64,000 nt of DNA from an uncultured Gemmatimonadales bacterium (GTDB taxonomy: Bacteria; Gemmatimonadota; Gemmatimonadetes; Gemmatimonadales; Gemmatimonadaceae): assembly GCA_963793305.1 (NCBI GenBank), contig CAWBZV010000012.1, forward strand, positions 96,001 to 160,000, read 5' to 3'. The first letter of the stretch is position 1; each line of letters opens with the position of its first letter. Positions 20,809 to 31,194 of the stretch are shown in pieces. The position numbers and the translations under genes are program-made. The notes beneath the pieces were generated by a model. It did not search any database. It had not been told where the DNA came from and saw nothing but the letters and a program-made list of their open reading frames with translations.

Positions 20809-22527
20809 GTGCAGCCGAGTGCACGCAATGCGGTGAGGTGCGCCTCGGTCGATACGCCCTCGGCGATCACCTGTAATCCAATGTGGTCGGCCAGTGCGTG
20901 GATCGTGCGGACGAGTTGCGCGAATCGCTGTTCGCGGTCCATGGCCGAGACGAAGGTGCGGTCGATTTTGACGGCGTTGAGAGGGAGGCGGTCGAGCACA
21001 CCGAGCGACGAGTAGCCCATCCCGAAATCGTCCAGGTGTACTTGTACCCCAAGCGATTTCAATGAGCGGAGCCGCTCGATCGCCACCTCCGGCTGTTCAA
21101 TGAGGACGCTTTCCGTGAGCTCCAGATGGAGCCAGGTCGGGTCGACCTTGTGCTGCTGGAGCGCGGCCGCGACGACCTGCACGAAGTCCGCTCGCACGAG
21201 TTGGCGCACGGATACGTTGACCGCCATCGTGAGTGGCGGACGCTCGGGGAACATCTCGTGCCACATGCGAAGCTGGCGGCAGGCTTCGGTCAGCACCCAT
21301 GCGCCGAGGCTGACGATCAGACCCGTTGACTCCGCGACGCCGATAAACGTCGCCGGCGCGATCAGGCCTCGATCCGCGTGTCTCCATCTGACCAGCGCTT
21401 CAAATCCCACGATGCGCCCGTCGGCCAGTGCGATGATCGGCTGGTAGTGCAGCTCGAACGACTGCTTCTCGACGGCCCGCCGGAGATCGGTCTCCAGGCG
21501 CAAGCGTTCGAGCGCGTCGGCGTGCATGGCGGGGTCGAACACGGCAAATCGTGCTCGGCCCGCGGCCTTGGCGCGCCCCATCGCGAGGTCGGCGCTGCGC
21601 AACAGAATGCTCGGGGCGTGTGCTGCCGTTGTCGCTCAGGGCGATGCCGAAGCTGGCCGAGGTAAAGACCTCGTAGCCACTGATGTCAATCGCCGAGGTC
21701 AGCGCCTCCAGTGCGCGCTCCGCCACGCGCGCGGCGTCGGCGGGGGAGTCGATGCGCTCCAACAGGAACGCGAACTCATCGCCGCCGAGTCGCGCGACGG
21801 TGTCCTCGGACCGCGAGCAACCCGAGAGGCGCCGGGCGACGGCGACCAGGAGCTCATCGCCGGCCGTGTGACCGAGGCTGTCGTTGACGACGCGGAAGTT
21901 GTCGAGATCGAGGAGCACGACCGCAAATGAGCCGGCGCGACGTTCAGAACGGCGAGCGGCGCGGTCGAGTCGCTCCATGAAGAGCAGGCGGTTGGGAAGG
22001 CCGGTCAGTGCGTCGTGCAGCGCCTCGTGGCGTTGGCGACGCTCGACGCGTTCCCGGCGCGCAAGGCGGCGGCGGAGCGCCAAATCCGTGGCGGCCGCGG
22101 CCGCGTGCTCGGTGAGCACCGCGATGTCCGACGCGCTCCACTCGCGTGGGACGGCATCGACGACGCAGAAGATGCCAATCGGGTGTCCATCGTCGGCCGC
22201 GAGCGGCACGACCGCGTATGCGCCCACGTTTGGGCCGAGCTGTTTGCCCTCCTTGGTATCGTCGACGATGACCGGCGTGCCATCGTCGAGCGCGCGGTCG
22301 CAGACGCCTGAGCGAAACAGGAGGCCAGGATCATGCGCCAGCCAGTCCGGGGGCTCGACGCCACCAACAAAGCACCGGCGGTCATCGCCCACCAGCGCCA
22401 GCACAGCCGCGGGGGCTCTGAGAGCAGTCGCCGCCAGCCGCGCCGCGCGCTCCAGCGAGGCCGCGAGCGTACCGTCGAGTGGCGCGAAAGGCTGCGACGT
22501 TGGCTCGCGCTGGGGAGGGGCGGACAT
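20727..22527 (-). CDS. GAF-GGDEF-EAL diguanylate cyclase/phosphodiesterase; frameshift near 21606
   Basis: HDALTGLPNR, DLDNFRVVNDSLGH, ARLGGDEF; then LHYQPI, GFEALVRW, ELTES, LDDFGMGYSSL, KIDR, IAEGV, GQGYLF. Confidence 0.92.
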
Positions 22528-22643
22528 ACTATCCAAGGACGTGACCGTCGCCGTTCACGTCACGGCAAAAGCTCCCTACGCAGCGCTTCGCGACTGCTTA
22601 AAGCTAGCTCGAGATGTGTACGGTGGCCGCGGAGCGGCCCTGT

Positions 22644-23090
22644 TTACTTCGTGGCGGCGAGGCGCTCGAGGAGCGACTCGAGATCCTCGCGCTCTTTGGC
22701 GTTGAACGCGTCGACGACCGCGCGCTCCTCGGCGTCGAGGAGTCGTGCTGCCTCGCCGTGGCGGTCGGCACCTAAAGACGTCAGCTGCGCCCGCACGCTC
22801 CGACGATCGCTGGGGTCCTGCGACCGGACGACGAGGCCGTCGGCTTCGAGGCGATCAATGAGCGCCGTCATATTGGATTTGACACACGCATTGCGCGCAG
22901 CAAGCTCGCCGAGCGGCAGAGGAGCTCCCGCCTGCACCAAGTGGTCCAGCACATGGAACTTGGGCAGCGAGAGCCCGAGGGTCGCCAGCACGGATTCGAG
23001 CTTTGCCTCGCACGCATCCGCCGCGCGGAAGAGCGCCGGCGTCAGACCCTGCCGACGCTCGCAGGGTCCCGCCTCTTCCTTATAGTCCAC
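22644..23090 (-). CDS. MarR family transcriptional regulator
   Basis: GLSLPKFHVL, SNMTALIDRLEADGLVVRSQDPSDRRS, LTSLG. Confidence 0.9.
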   Translation of the reverse strand: MDYKEEAGPCERRQGLTPALFRAADACEAKLESVLATLGLSLPKFHVLDHLVQAGAPLPLGELAARNACVKSNMTALIDRLEADGLVVRSQDPSDRRSVRAQLTSLGADRHGEAARLLDAEERAVVDAFNAKEREDLESLLERLAATK

Positions 23091-23110
23091 CTATGAACAG
23101 TACCCGCTCC

Positions 23111-23431
23111 CTACCACGTCGTCAACCGGGGACGGCAACAAGCTCCGCGGAAGATCCAACTCACGATCATGCCGAGGATGACAATGGGCAGCACCAGGAG
23201 CAGCGCGATTTTCAAGAACGCGAGCACCAGCGCGCACACAACGGCAAAGACGACGAGCAATAAGAGCGGGATGCCGACCACCGCGAGGAGTATGAGTAAG
23301 AGCGGCACGCCGAGTACTGCCGCGACGATCGCGATGGGAAGACCGAACCCGAGAACCAAGATTGCGCCGACTGGGACGAGCACCACGATGGCGAACACGC
23401 CCCACAGGAACATCCTCAAGAGCCCACCCAT
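23111..23431 (-). CDS. small hydrophobic membrane protein
   Basis: 106 aa, almost entirely hydrophobic; AAGGAGG SD upstream. Confidence 0.65.
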   Translation of the reverse strand: MGGLLRMFLWGVFAIVVLVPVGAILVLGFGLPIAIVAAVLGVPLLLILLAVVGIPLLLLVVFAVVCALVLAFLKIALLLVLPIVILGMIVSWIFRGACCRPRLTTW

Positions 23432-23457
23432 GACACAGCCTCCTTGACGGCATCTGG

Positions 23458-23483
23458 TACGTCGGCGAGCATTACAAAGTTTC
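23458..23483 (-). promoter_or_regulatory. SigW-like ECF promoter (GAAAC-N17-CGTA)
   Basis: Minus strand GAAAC tttgtaatgctcgccga CGTA, ending 26 nt upstream of the ATG at 23431. Confidence 0.55.
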
Positions 23484-23503
23484 GCCCGAATGGGTACCGA
23501 AAG

Positions 23504-24716
23504 ATGGGTCCGACCGGCACGGCAACGCTTCCTCTGCACTACGGGCGGGTACCCGCCTGGCTCTCCAGTCGCATGGCCAGCCTCGGCCGTATCATCACCC
23601 AGGCGGTCATCCTGCACTATGGGCGCGATGAGTACCTGCGCCGGCTGGCCCACCCGGGATGGTTCCAGGCATTCGGGGCCGTCATGGGCATGGACTGGCA
23701 CTCGTCGGGCATCACGACGTCCGTGCTCGGCGCCCTCAAGCGCGGTCTCGCCCCAGTCGAGGGCGAGCTCGGGCTGCACGTGTGTGGCGGGCGTGGGAAC
23801 GAATCGCGAAAAACGCCGGCCGAGCTGCTCTGGCTCTCTCCGATCGCCTCGGTCTCGATGGGGAGTTCGCTCGTTCGTACGAGCCGACTCGTCGCCAAGG
23901 TCGACAGCGCGGCGATTCAAGACGGCTACGATATCTATCTCCACGGGTTCATCGTCGCGGACGATGGGAAGTGGGCGGTCGTGCAACAAGGCATGTGTGG
24001 TGCTCGCAAAGAAGCGCGTCGCTATCACTGGCTCAGCGAGCGTCTCACCGATTTCGTGGATTCGCCGCACGCGGCCATCGACGGGCTTCCTGCTTCGACG
24101 GCGATCGTCAATCTCACGGATCATCGCGCGTGCGCTGCGCGCAACGCGCAAATTGCCCTCGTGCACGACGGCCCCGACCGCGTCGTACGGGAGCTGTCGA
24201 AATTGCGGCCGACGGAGACTCTCGAGTTGCCATTTCATCACGACGTGAGAGCCGAGGACGTTCGTGCTCCGGCGCTTACGAGGTGCAATTACGGCGGCTC
24301 ATGAGAGAGGTCCCAAAGACTTTGCGGATCTGCTACTCACGCCCGGCGTGGGACCGCGGACGGTGTTCTCCCTTGCCCTCGTTGCCGAAGTCGTGCACGG
24401 CGCGCCGTCGCGATTCTCGGACCCGGCGCGATACTCGCTGGCGCATGGCGGCAAGGACGGACACCCGTACCCGGTGCCGCTCCGGATCTACGACGAGACG
24501 ATTCGCGTGATGAAAGACGCCGTCACCAAGGCCAAGCTCGGCGTCTCAGATCGCCTGTTCGCGATTCAACGACTGGACGCCGAGGTACGCCGGCTCGAGC
24601 GATCCGCAGGTACGATCGACTTCAATGCGTTTATTGAAGCCGAGTGGGAGCGAGGCGAACGGACCCCACGCGAGTATCCCACGCGAATGACATCACGCCC
24701 TTTGAGTCGACGTTGA
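23504..24716 (+). CDS. DUF763 domain-containing protein; frameshift near 24260 plus a compensated pair near 23830-23865
   Basis: LPLHYGRVPAWL, WFQAFGAVMGMDWHSSGITT, KVDSAAIQDGY, RRYHW, TPGVGPRT, SLAHGGKDGHPYPV. Confidence 0.88.
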
Positions 24717-25776
24717 TCGTAAATTGTTCGACCGGAGCACCGGAGCTCATGCTCATCGGGATGCGCGCGAGATCGGCTGTCGAGTCGTAGTCCGTCCCCC
24801 ACTCGTGGGTTTTCTTGCTGACCACGAGCGTCCACGCATCAGCCGTTGGCAAAGAGAAGAGGGTATACTCGCCAGCGGGAACCTTCGTGGCCCCGATCAT
24901 CGCGTCGCGATCGATCTTGAACCCGGTCGCCGCATTGGCGCCAGTGCGCCAGATGGCGTTGTAGGGCACCACGCCTCCAAAGATCGTGCGTCCGCGTTTG
25001 GACGGACGGCCGTAGTCGACGACGACGTGCATGGGCCCAACCGTTGATTCGACCTCGTCGCGCGGCGACATGTAGCCGAGTCCCCTGCCCGCGCTGTCGC
25101 GGGCGACGAACGCTGTCGCGTAGGCATCGATGTCGGGCGGCGGCACGCGCGTCACGATCGCCTGCAACGTCGCACCCGGCGACGTGGCGTCGAGCAACTC
25201 GCCCGCCGAGTCGATGTGCGCGCGAATGGTACCCACTGAGGTGGAGATCAGCACAGTATCCGGAGCCGTCTGCTTGGCGGTGCCGCCGAACGTGAGGTCC
25301 AAATAGAACGCAGCGACCGGCACGGGCTGGCCATGCGCGGCGATCGCGCGCTGGATGGGTGATTCGTACTCGGCGAAGGCCGGCTCATAGACCGGGACGC
25401 TGCCCGGCAGGTTCGGCATGGTGCGCATGTGGCGCGACGGCCCGCCGCCGAAGCGCATGATGTGGACCGAGTCGCCGCGGAAGTCGGCGTCGTAGCGATA
25501 CGTCTTCTTCGCGCCGGGCTTGGCGGACTCATAGAGCTGGATCGAGTACAGCGTCACCGCGCCATCGGGCGTCGTGTCGATGACGTACGATTGCCGCGAG
25601 GTTCCGGGACTCCGGAACAAGAACTCCCCGACGATCGAGTCCCGCGTGCGCGTGAAACGCTCGACGCCGATCGTGTCGTTGCCGAGGCGCGTGACGAATC
25701 CGCCGTGCTCGGGCGGGTCGGGCCGTGCGCACCCCATCGCGGCCATGAACAGAAGCGCGTAGCGGCGTCGCCACAT
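24631..25776 (-). CDS. DUF2911 domain-containing lipoprotein (copy 2)
   Basis: Lipobox-like AMGC, FVTRLGNDTIGVERF, SPRD, DYGRPSKRGRTIFGGVVPY, WRTGANAAT, VPAGEYTLF. Confidence 0.85.
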   Translation of the reverse strand: MWRRRYALLFMAAMGCARPDPPEHGGFVTRLGNDTIGVERFTRTRDSIVGEFLFRSPGTSRQSYVIDTTPDGAVTLYSIQLYESAKPGAKKTYRYDADFRGDSVHIMRFGGGPSRHMRTMPNLPGSVPVYEPAFAEYESPIQRAIAAHGQPVPVAAFYLDLTFGGTAKQTAPDTVLISTSVGTIRAHIDSAGELLDATSPGATLQAIVTRVPPPDIDAYATAFVARDSAGRGLGYMSPRDEVESTVGPMHVVVDYGRPSKRGRTIFGGVVPYNAIWRTGANAATGFKIDRDAMIGATKVPAGEYTLFSLPTADAWTLVVSKKTHEWGTDYDSTADLARIPMSMSSGAPVEQFTINVDSKGVMSFAWDTRVGSVRLAPTRLQ

Positions 25777-26894
25777 GGACACGTCCAATGCGTGTGTCCC
25801 AAGCAAACGAGAGACCGTCGGTATCGAACCCAATCGTGAATTGCTCGACCGGGGCTCCGGAGCTCACGGTCATCGGGATGCGTGCCAAGATCCGCGGTCG
25901 AGTCGTAGTCGGTGCCCCACTCTTTGGTCTTCTTACTGACGATCAGCGTCCACGCATCGGCGGTGGGGACCGAGAACAGCGTGTACTCGCCGGCCGGGAC
26001 TTTCGTGTCGCCGATCGTGAGATCGCGGTCGGTGACGAGCGTGGTCGCCGCGTTCGCCCCGGTCCGCCAGACGGTGTTGTACGGGATGACCCCGCCAAAG
26101 ATCGCGCGTCCCCGCTTGGACGGCCGACCATAGTCGACGAGCACGTGCGCCCCGCCAACCGTTGCCCGCACCGTGTCGCGCGGCGACAGCGTGCCCAGTG
26201 ACTTACCTTGCCCATCGCGCGCGGCGAAGAGCAGCACCCATTTGTCGAGATCGGGATACGGGATTCGTGTGACCGTCGCCTGCAACGTCCCGCCGGGGTC
26301 CGTCGCGTACATGATCTCGCCAGTCGCGTCAGTCTCGACGCGGATCGTATCGGTCGGCGTCCGGATCAGCACGAGTCCGGGCTTGGCGCGGATGACGGTG
26401 CCAGTGTCCGGCCCGTCGCCGACGAACCACCAGGAGAAGTCGACCGGCTTGCCCGCGGCCGCGAACGCGCGGCTCACCACGATCTCGTGCAATCCGTACG
26501 CCGGCTCGAGGAGCGGCACGGCACCGCGCCGCACCCAGGCAGCCTGCGTCCGCGTCGCGTCGCCGCGCTTGACCGTCACCAATACGGAGTCGCCGCGCAA
26601 CTGGGCATCGTACCGGACGCGAACGGGCGAATCCGCGCCTCCGGCCGTGTAGACCACCGCGGTATACGACGCGACGTTGCCATCGCGCCCCATGCGCGCG
26701 ACATACGCATAGCGCGTCGTTTTTGGACTGCGGCCGATCATCTCGCCCGTGATCGAATCGCGGGTACGGACGAAACGCTCGACCGCGATCGTGTCGCTGC
26801 CGAGCCGGGTGACGAACCCGCCACGCTCGGGGCCATCCTGCGCGCCGGCGCTCGTCGCGAGAACCACGAGCGCCGCACCCGCCAGTATTCTCAT
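25762..26894 (-). CDS. DUF2911 domain-containing exported protein (copy 1); frameshift near 25888, 3' end approximate
   Basis: Signal peptide, FVTRLGSDTIAVERF, SPRD, DYGRPSKRGRAIFGG, WRTGANAAT; C-terminus ARIPMTV...FAWDTR in the next frame. Confidence 0.8.
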
Positions 26895-26949
26895 ACGATG
26901 ACATTGGGGCGCCTATGACGCGACCGCAAGACACTAATATTTTCTTGAC

Positions 26950-28009
26950 ATGCTGAACGACGCAGTCTGCCTCGCCGACCTCGAGCCCCTCGCTCGGCGC
27001 GTGATGACGCCGATGGCCTTCGAGTACGTCTCTGGTGGCGCCGGGGACGAGCGCACGCTCGCCTGGAATACCGAGGCATGGACACGCATACGCCTGCGAC
27101 CGCGCGTGCTCACCGACGTCTCGACGCTCGACACATTGGTGCGCCTGCTCGGCGACACGCTGTCATTGCCGCTACTGCTGGCGCCGGCGGCGTATCATCG
27201 CCTGTTCCATCCCGAGGGTGAGCTGGCGACCGCACGCGGTGCGGCCGCAGCGAACGTGCCATATGTCGTGAGCACGTGCACGACGACGTCGCTTGAGGAG
27301 ATCGCGGCGGCCGCTCCGAATGGCGTGCGGTGGCTGCAGATCTATATCGCCGCCGACCGGAACCGCACGCGGGATCTCGTGCACGCGGCCGAGGCAACGG
27401 GCGTACGCGCGTTGTGTCTGACGGTCGACACGCCGGTCGCGGGCACGCGCAACCGCGAGCAACGGACGGGCTTCGCGCTGCCCGCCACGTGCGTCACACC
27501 GTATATGCGCCACGTCGCGGGTCCCGATGGTCCAGGGTTACCCTTCGTCGCGATCACATGGCGCGATGTCGAGTGGCTGCGCGCACAGACGCGCCTGCCC
27601 GTGCTGCTCAAGGGCATCCTGACGGGCGAGGACGCCGCCCTGGGCGTCGACAGCGGCGCCGCCGGCATTGTCGTGTCGAATCACGGCGCGCGCAATCTCG
27701 ACACCGTGCCGGCGTCTATCGATGCCTTACCCGAGGTCGTCGAAGCCGTCACGAGGGCGCGTCCCGGTACTCCTCGACGGCGGCGTCCGACGCGGCACCG
27801 ACATCGTCAAGGCGCTCGCGCTCGGCGCGACCGCCACCATGATCGGCCGACCGTACCTCTATGGCCTCGCGCTCGGCGGCGCCGAGGGGATCGAGCACGT
27901 CGTGCGAATCTTACGCGCCGAGCTGGAGAGCGCACTTTCTCTCATCGGCCGGCCAACGGCGTCGACGCTCGACCGCTCCGCGATGTGGGATACGACGGCG
28001 TCTCGTTAG
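26950..28009 (+). CDS. FMN-dependent alpha-hydroxy acid oxidase/dehydrogenase; frameshift near 27754
   Basis: [37 protein letters not shown], then [26 protein letters not shown]. Confidence 0.92.
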
Positions 28010-28455
28010 TCAGGGACGCGCATCCAGTGTCAGGAGCTGCCCCGTTTCCCCGAATGCCAGCAGGGGCTCATCGCACGTCACGAGGTGTGCGGACAACGCA
28101 CGCGCCGTAGCCGCAATGAACCGATCTGCCGGATCGCGGGTCGTCAGATCCGTCAAACCGGTGCTGTCGAGCGCGATCGGCACCGTGAGCGCCACAACGC
28201 GTGCGCCTGGCGCATGCCGAGCGGCGGCAATCCAACTCGCGACATCGCGTGACAGCGTCAACCGTCCTTTCTTGACGAGCATGGCGACCTCCCACGCGGA
28301 GATGCTCGCCACGTATAACAGGCCGGCCTGCGCCGCGCGCTCTATCTCGGCCACCACTCCCGGTTTCTCATCCGGCTCACCAAGCCCTCGACCGCCCACA
28401 CCCAGACGTGCGTATCGAGTACGAGACGGCGAATGCGACGGACGCTAGCCGGCAT
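28010..28455 (-). CDS. vapC: VapC PIN-domain toxin; frameshift near 28366
   Basis: LVLDTHVWVW, SISAWEVAML, RDPADRFIAATA, LVTCD. Confidence 0.88.
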
Positions 28456-28684
28456 CGTCCTCGGTTGCGTCCCACGGCTCGTCAATGGGACTGACGAGAT
28501 CGCCCACAAAGGTCGCGGTGCCAGCCAGTCGGCCAATGAAATGCGGCTGCACCGTCAACGCAGGAACCAGGCGCACAACCGCGCGGCCACGCTTGGTCAC
28601 CGTGATCGGTTCACCGGTTGCCGCGACCTGATCCATCAACTTGAGGCACTTGGCTTTGAACGTGCCGGCGGGTATTCGCTTCAT
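28445..28684 (-). CDS. Phd/YefM family antitoxin
   Basis: MKRIPAGTFKAKCLKLMDQVAATGEPITVTKRGRAVVRLVP; overlaps the vapC start. Confidence 0.9.
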   Translation of the reverse strand: MKRIPAGTFKAKCLKLMDQVAATGEPITVTKRGRAVVRLVPALTVQPHFIGRLAGTATFVGDLVSPIDEPWDATEDDAG

Positions 28685-28706
28685 GGTCATAAAGATATGA
28701 CCATGA
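28681..28706. promoter_or_regulatory. toxin-antitoxin operator palindrome
   Basis: Perfect 11-4-11 inverted repeat TCATGGTCATA-aaga-TATGACCATGA over the -10 box and antitoxin start. Confidence 0.75.
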
Positions 28707-28742
28707 GAGCCATCGCGCAACCCTAGCTCGCGATCCGCAACA

Positions 28743-30035
28743 TTACGTCTCCCTGAGATACCCCCACGACAACAGCTTGTCGTGATCCTCGGCCCATCGG
28801 TCACCGACATCCATCCGATAGTACATATCGGGGATGAGGATGTTTTTGATCCGATTGTACGCCTGCTGCTGCGCCTGTCGCATGGTCGGCCCCAAGCCGA
28901 CGACCACGAGAACAACGCCGGACGTGCCGGCGACGAGCCACTGGCCGTTCACCTGCTTGACATCCTCGATGTGCACTTCCTCGGGCGTCGCCTTCTTGAA
29001 GACGATGACGGCGTCCTTCGACACCGCCTGAAACGTGCCCACGTCGTCGAACGGAAACGGAGAGACGACGATGCGGACGCCGAGCTGAAATCCCGATTTC
29101 ACGCGCAGCTTCGTCGCGGTACCGGCGGCCAGGTCGTACAGAAACTGGCCAATCGGCGTGAGCATCGCTTCTTGCTGGATCTGGATCGTTGGATAGCCGA
29201 AGCGAGACGTGAACTCCAACGGATAGATCCCGTTGCCGTTCACGATGCAGTTCAAGTCGATGTACCCGACGTACCCCTCTTCAGCGAGGCGACGTTCCAT
29301 TCGGGCGAGGGTCGACGTGAAGATCTTGTTGGGCCCACTCCAGAACATCGATGTCCCCATCTCACCCGTGGACGGCCCGATGTTGCCCGGAAACAGCTTC
29401 TTGTGCTCGAAATTGACGTTGATCGGCGTGACGAACTGCTTGCCGTTGAAAAACCCGCCGACCGCGACTTCCACGCCGACCACGCGGCGCTGCAGCTGAA
29501 ACACTTTGATCTCGGCCGAGAACGCGCGCTTATACGCCTCCAGCACGCGAATGACGTCGCCGCCATCCTCTTCCTCGCCAACGAACAGCCGGCGCTTCAC
29601 GTTCTGCGCCTCGCCACTCGGCTTGATCACGTACTCGTCCGGATTCTGCCGGACGAACTCGATCGCCTTGTCGAAGTCGTCGAATTCCTGATACCGCAGG
29701 ATATTCACGCCGGCCTTGCGAAGCTCCTCCTGGCCGAACGACCGGTCATCCTCCAGGCGATCCGTGTAGGCGGTCCCGCCCACGACGAGCTTCCCTTGGT
29801 TCCGCAGCTCTTCGGCCTTGGCCCCTTGGCCGAGCGTATCGTCGAACACAATGACGTCGGCCCAGTCCACATCGGCCCGCCAGTCGAGCGTCTTGGGCAC
29901 GAACCCATCGGCGATGTCCCGCTCGTTCTCGGCTTCGATGAAGAATTTGACCGCGTGGCCCTCTTTCTGGACTTGCCACGCAATGTCGCCGATTAGGCCG
30001 CCGATCGAGACGAAGAGGAAGTTTTTCGGTTCCAC
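28743..30035 (-). CDS. PurD-like (phosphoribosylamine-glycine ligase-related) ATP-grasp ligase
   Basis: DRLEDDRSFGQ, YVIKPSG, NFEHKKLFPGNIGPSTGEMG, LEFTSRFGYP, YYRMDVG. Lacks the GxGGREH start of canonical PurD. Confidence 0.8.
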   Translation of the reverse strand: MEPKNFLFVSIGGLIGDIAWQVQKEGHAVKFFIEAENERDIADGFVPKTLDWRADVDWADVIVFDDTLGQGAKAEELRNQGKLVVGGTAYTDRLEDDRSFGQEELRKAGVNILRYQEFDDFDKAIEFVRQNPDEYVIKPSGEAQNVKRRLFVGEEEDGGDVIRVLEAYKRAFSAEIKVFQLQRRVVGVEVAVGGFFNGKQFVTPINVNFEHKKLFPGNIGPSTGEMGTSMFWSGPNKIFTSTLARMERRLAEEGYVGYIDLNCIVNGNGIYPLEFTSRFGYPTIQIQQEAMLTPIGQFLYDLAAGTATKLRVKSGFQLGVRIVVSPFPFDDVGTFQAVSKDAVIVFKKATPEEVHIEDVKQVNGQWLVAGTSGVVLVVVGLGPTMRQAQQQAYNRIKNILIPDMYYRMDVGDRWAEDHDKLLSWGYLRET

Positions 30036-30057
30036 GCCTAAACCCTATATTAGGAAC

Positions 30058-31194
30058 ATGGCGACCACCTTTCTCAACACCGAACTGTTACCTGTCCGGG
30101 CGATGAGGACCTTGCCGGGACGGTACTTCTCCTCGCCGGCGATCCTGGCCGAGGAGGTCGACAAGATCTTCACGCAGCGGTGGCTGTGCGTGGGACGAGC
30201 GGATCGGATCGCCAATCCGGGTGAGTACTTCCTCCAGCCCGTCGGGCAGGAGAGCATCATCGTCGTCCGGGATCGCGCGGGCGGGATACACGCTCACTAT
30301 AACGTGTGCCGCCATCGCGGCACGCACATGATCGAGGCCGAGAAGGGGCGACTGGGCGAGACCATCCAGTGTCCCTATCACGCCTGGACGTATGCCCTCG
30401 ACGGGCGGCTCATCGGGTGCCCCTCGGCCGACGCTATCGACGGGTTTCGCAAATCCGACTACCCCCTGCATGGCGTCGCGACGCACGTTTGGGAAGGGTT
30501 CTTGTTTATCAATCTCTCGCGCCATCCGGAACCCTTCGAAGACGCCTATGCGCCAATGTTAGGGAGATTTTCGAGTTTCAATCTTCCGAACCTCAAGGTC
30601 GCGCAGCAGATCGATTACGACGTGAAGGCGAACTGGAAGCTGATCGTCGAGAACTATCAAGAGTGCTATCACTGCGCGCCGATCCACCCGGCCTTGGCCA
30701 AGCTCACTCCGCCGACGAGCGGCGAGATCGATTTGTACGAAGGGCCGTTTATTGGCGGATACATGGTGCTCAATGAAGAGCACGAGACCATGTCAATGAC
30801 CGGGCGCGCGTGTGGCGTGCCGGTGGCCGCGGATCTGCCGGCGATCGAGTATCCACGGATCTACTACTACTCGCTGTTCCCGAATGCGCTTCTCAGCGTG
30901 CACCATGACTACGTCATGTTGCATACGCTCTGGCCGCAAAGCGTCGATCGGACGTTGATTCACTGCTACTGGCTATTCAACGAGAAGTCGTTGAACAACG
31001 CCCAACTTGATCCGACCGATGGGATCAGATTCTGGGACATGACCAACAAAGAAGACTGGCACATCTGCGAGCAGAGCCAGCTCGGGGTCGTGTCGCGCGT
31101 GTATCAGCCCGGCCCGTACTCGAAGCGGGAGAACTGCTCAGCGGCCTTCGACGCCGAGGTGCTCCGCTCGCTGGGTCACACGCCGGAACACTGA
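30058..31194 (+). CDS. Rieske non-heme iron oxygenase alpha subunit (GbcA/choline monooxygenase-like)
   Basis: NVCRHRG...CPYHAWTY, NWKLIVENYQECYHCAPIHP, EDWHICEQSQLG, YQPGPYS. Confidence 0.9.
   Translation: MATTFLNTELLPVRAMRTLPGRYFSSPAILAEEVDKIFTQRWLCVGRADRIANPGEYFLQPVGQESIIVVRDRAGGIHAHYNVCRHRGTHMIEAEKGRLGETIQCPYHAWTYALDGRLIGCPSADAIDGFRKSDYPLHGVATHVWEGFLFINLSRHPEPFEDAYAPMLGRFSSFNLPNLKVAQQIDYDVKANWKLIVENYQECYHCAPIHPALAKLTPPTSGEIDLYEGPFIGGYMVLNEEHETMSMTGRACGVPVAADLPAIEYPRIYYYSLFPNALLSVHHDYVMLHTLWPQSVDRTLIHCYWLFNEKSLNNAQLDPTDGIRFWDMTNKEDWHICEQSQLGVVSRVYQPGPYSKRENCSAAFDAEVLRSLGHTPEH

Noticed and set aside
22528..22643. c-di-GMP riboswitch or terminator near the GGDEF-EAL gene
   Set aside because: Only short inverted repeats (GACGTGA-N10-TCACGTC; GGCCGC-GGA-GCGGCC); the GGCAAA-like piece is on the wrong strand and no U-tract follows on the minus strand
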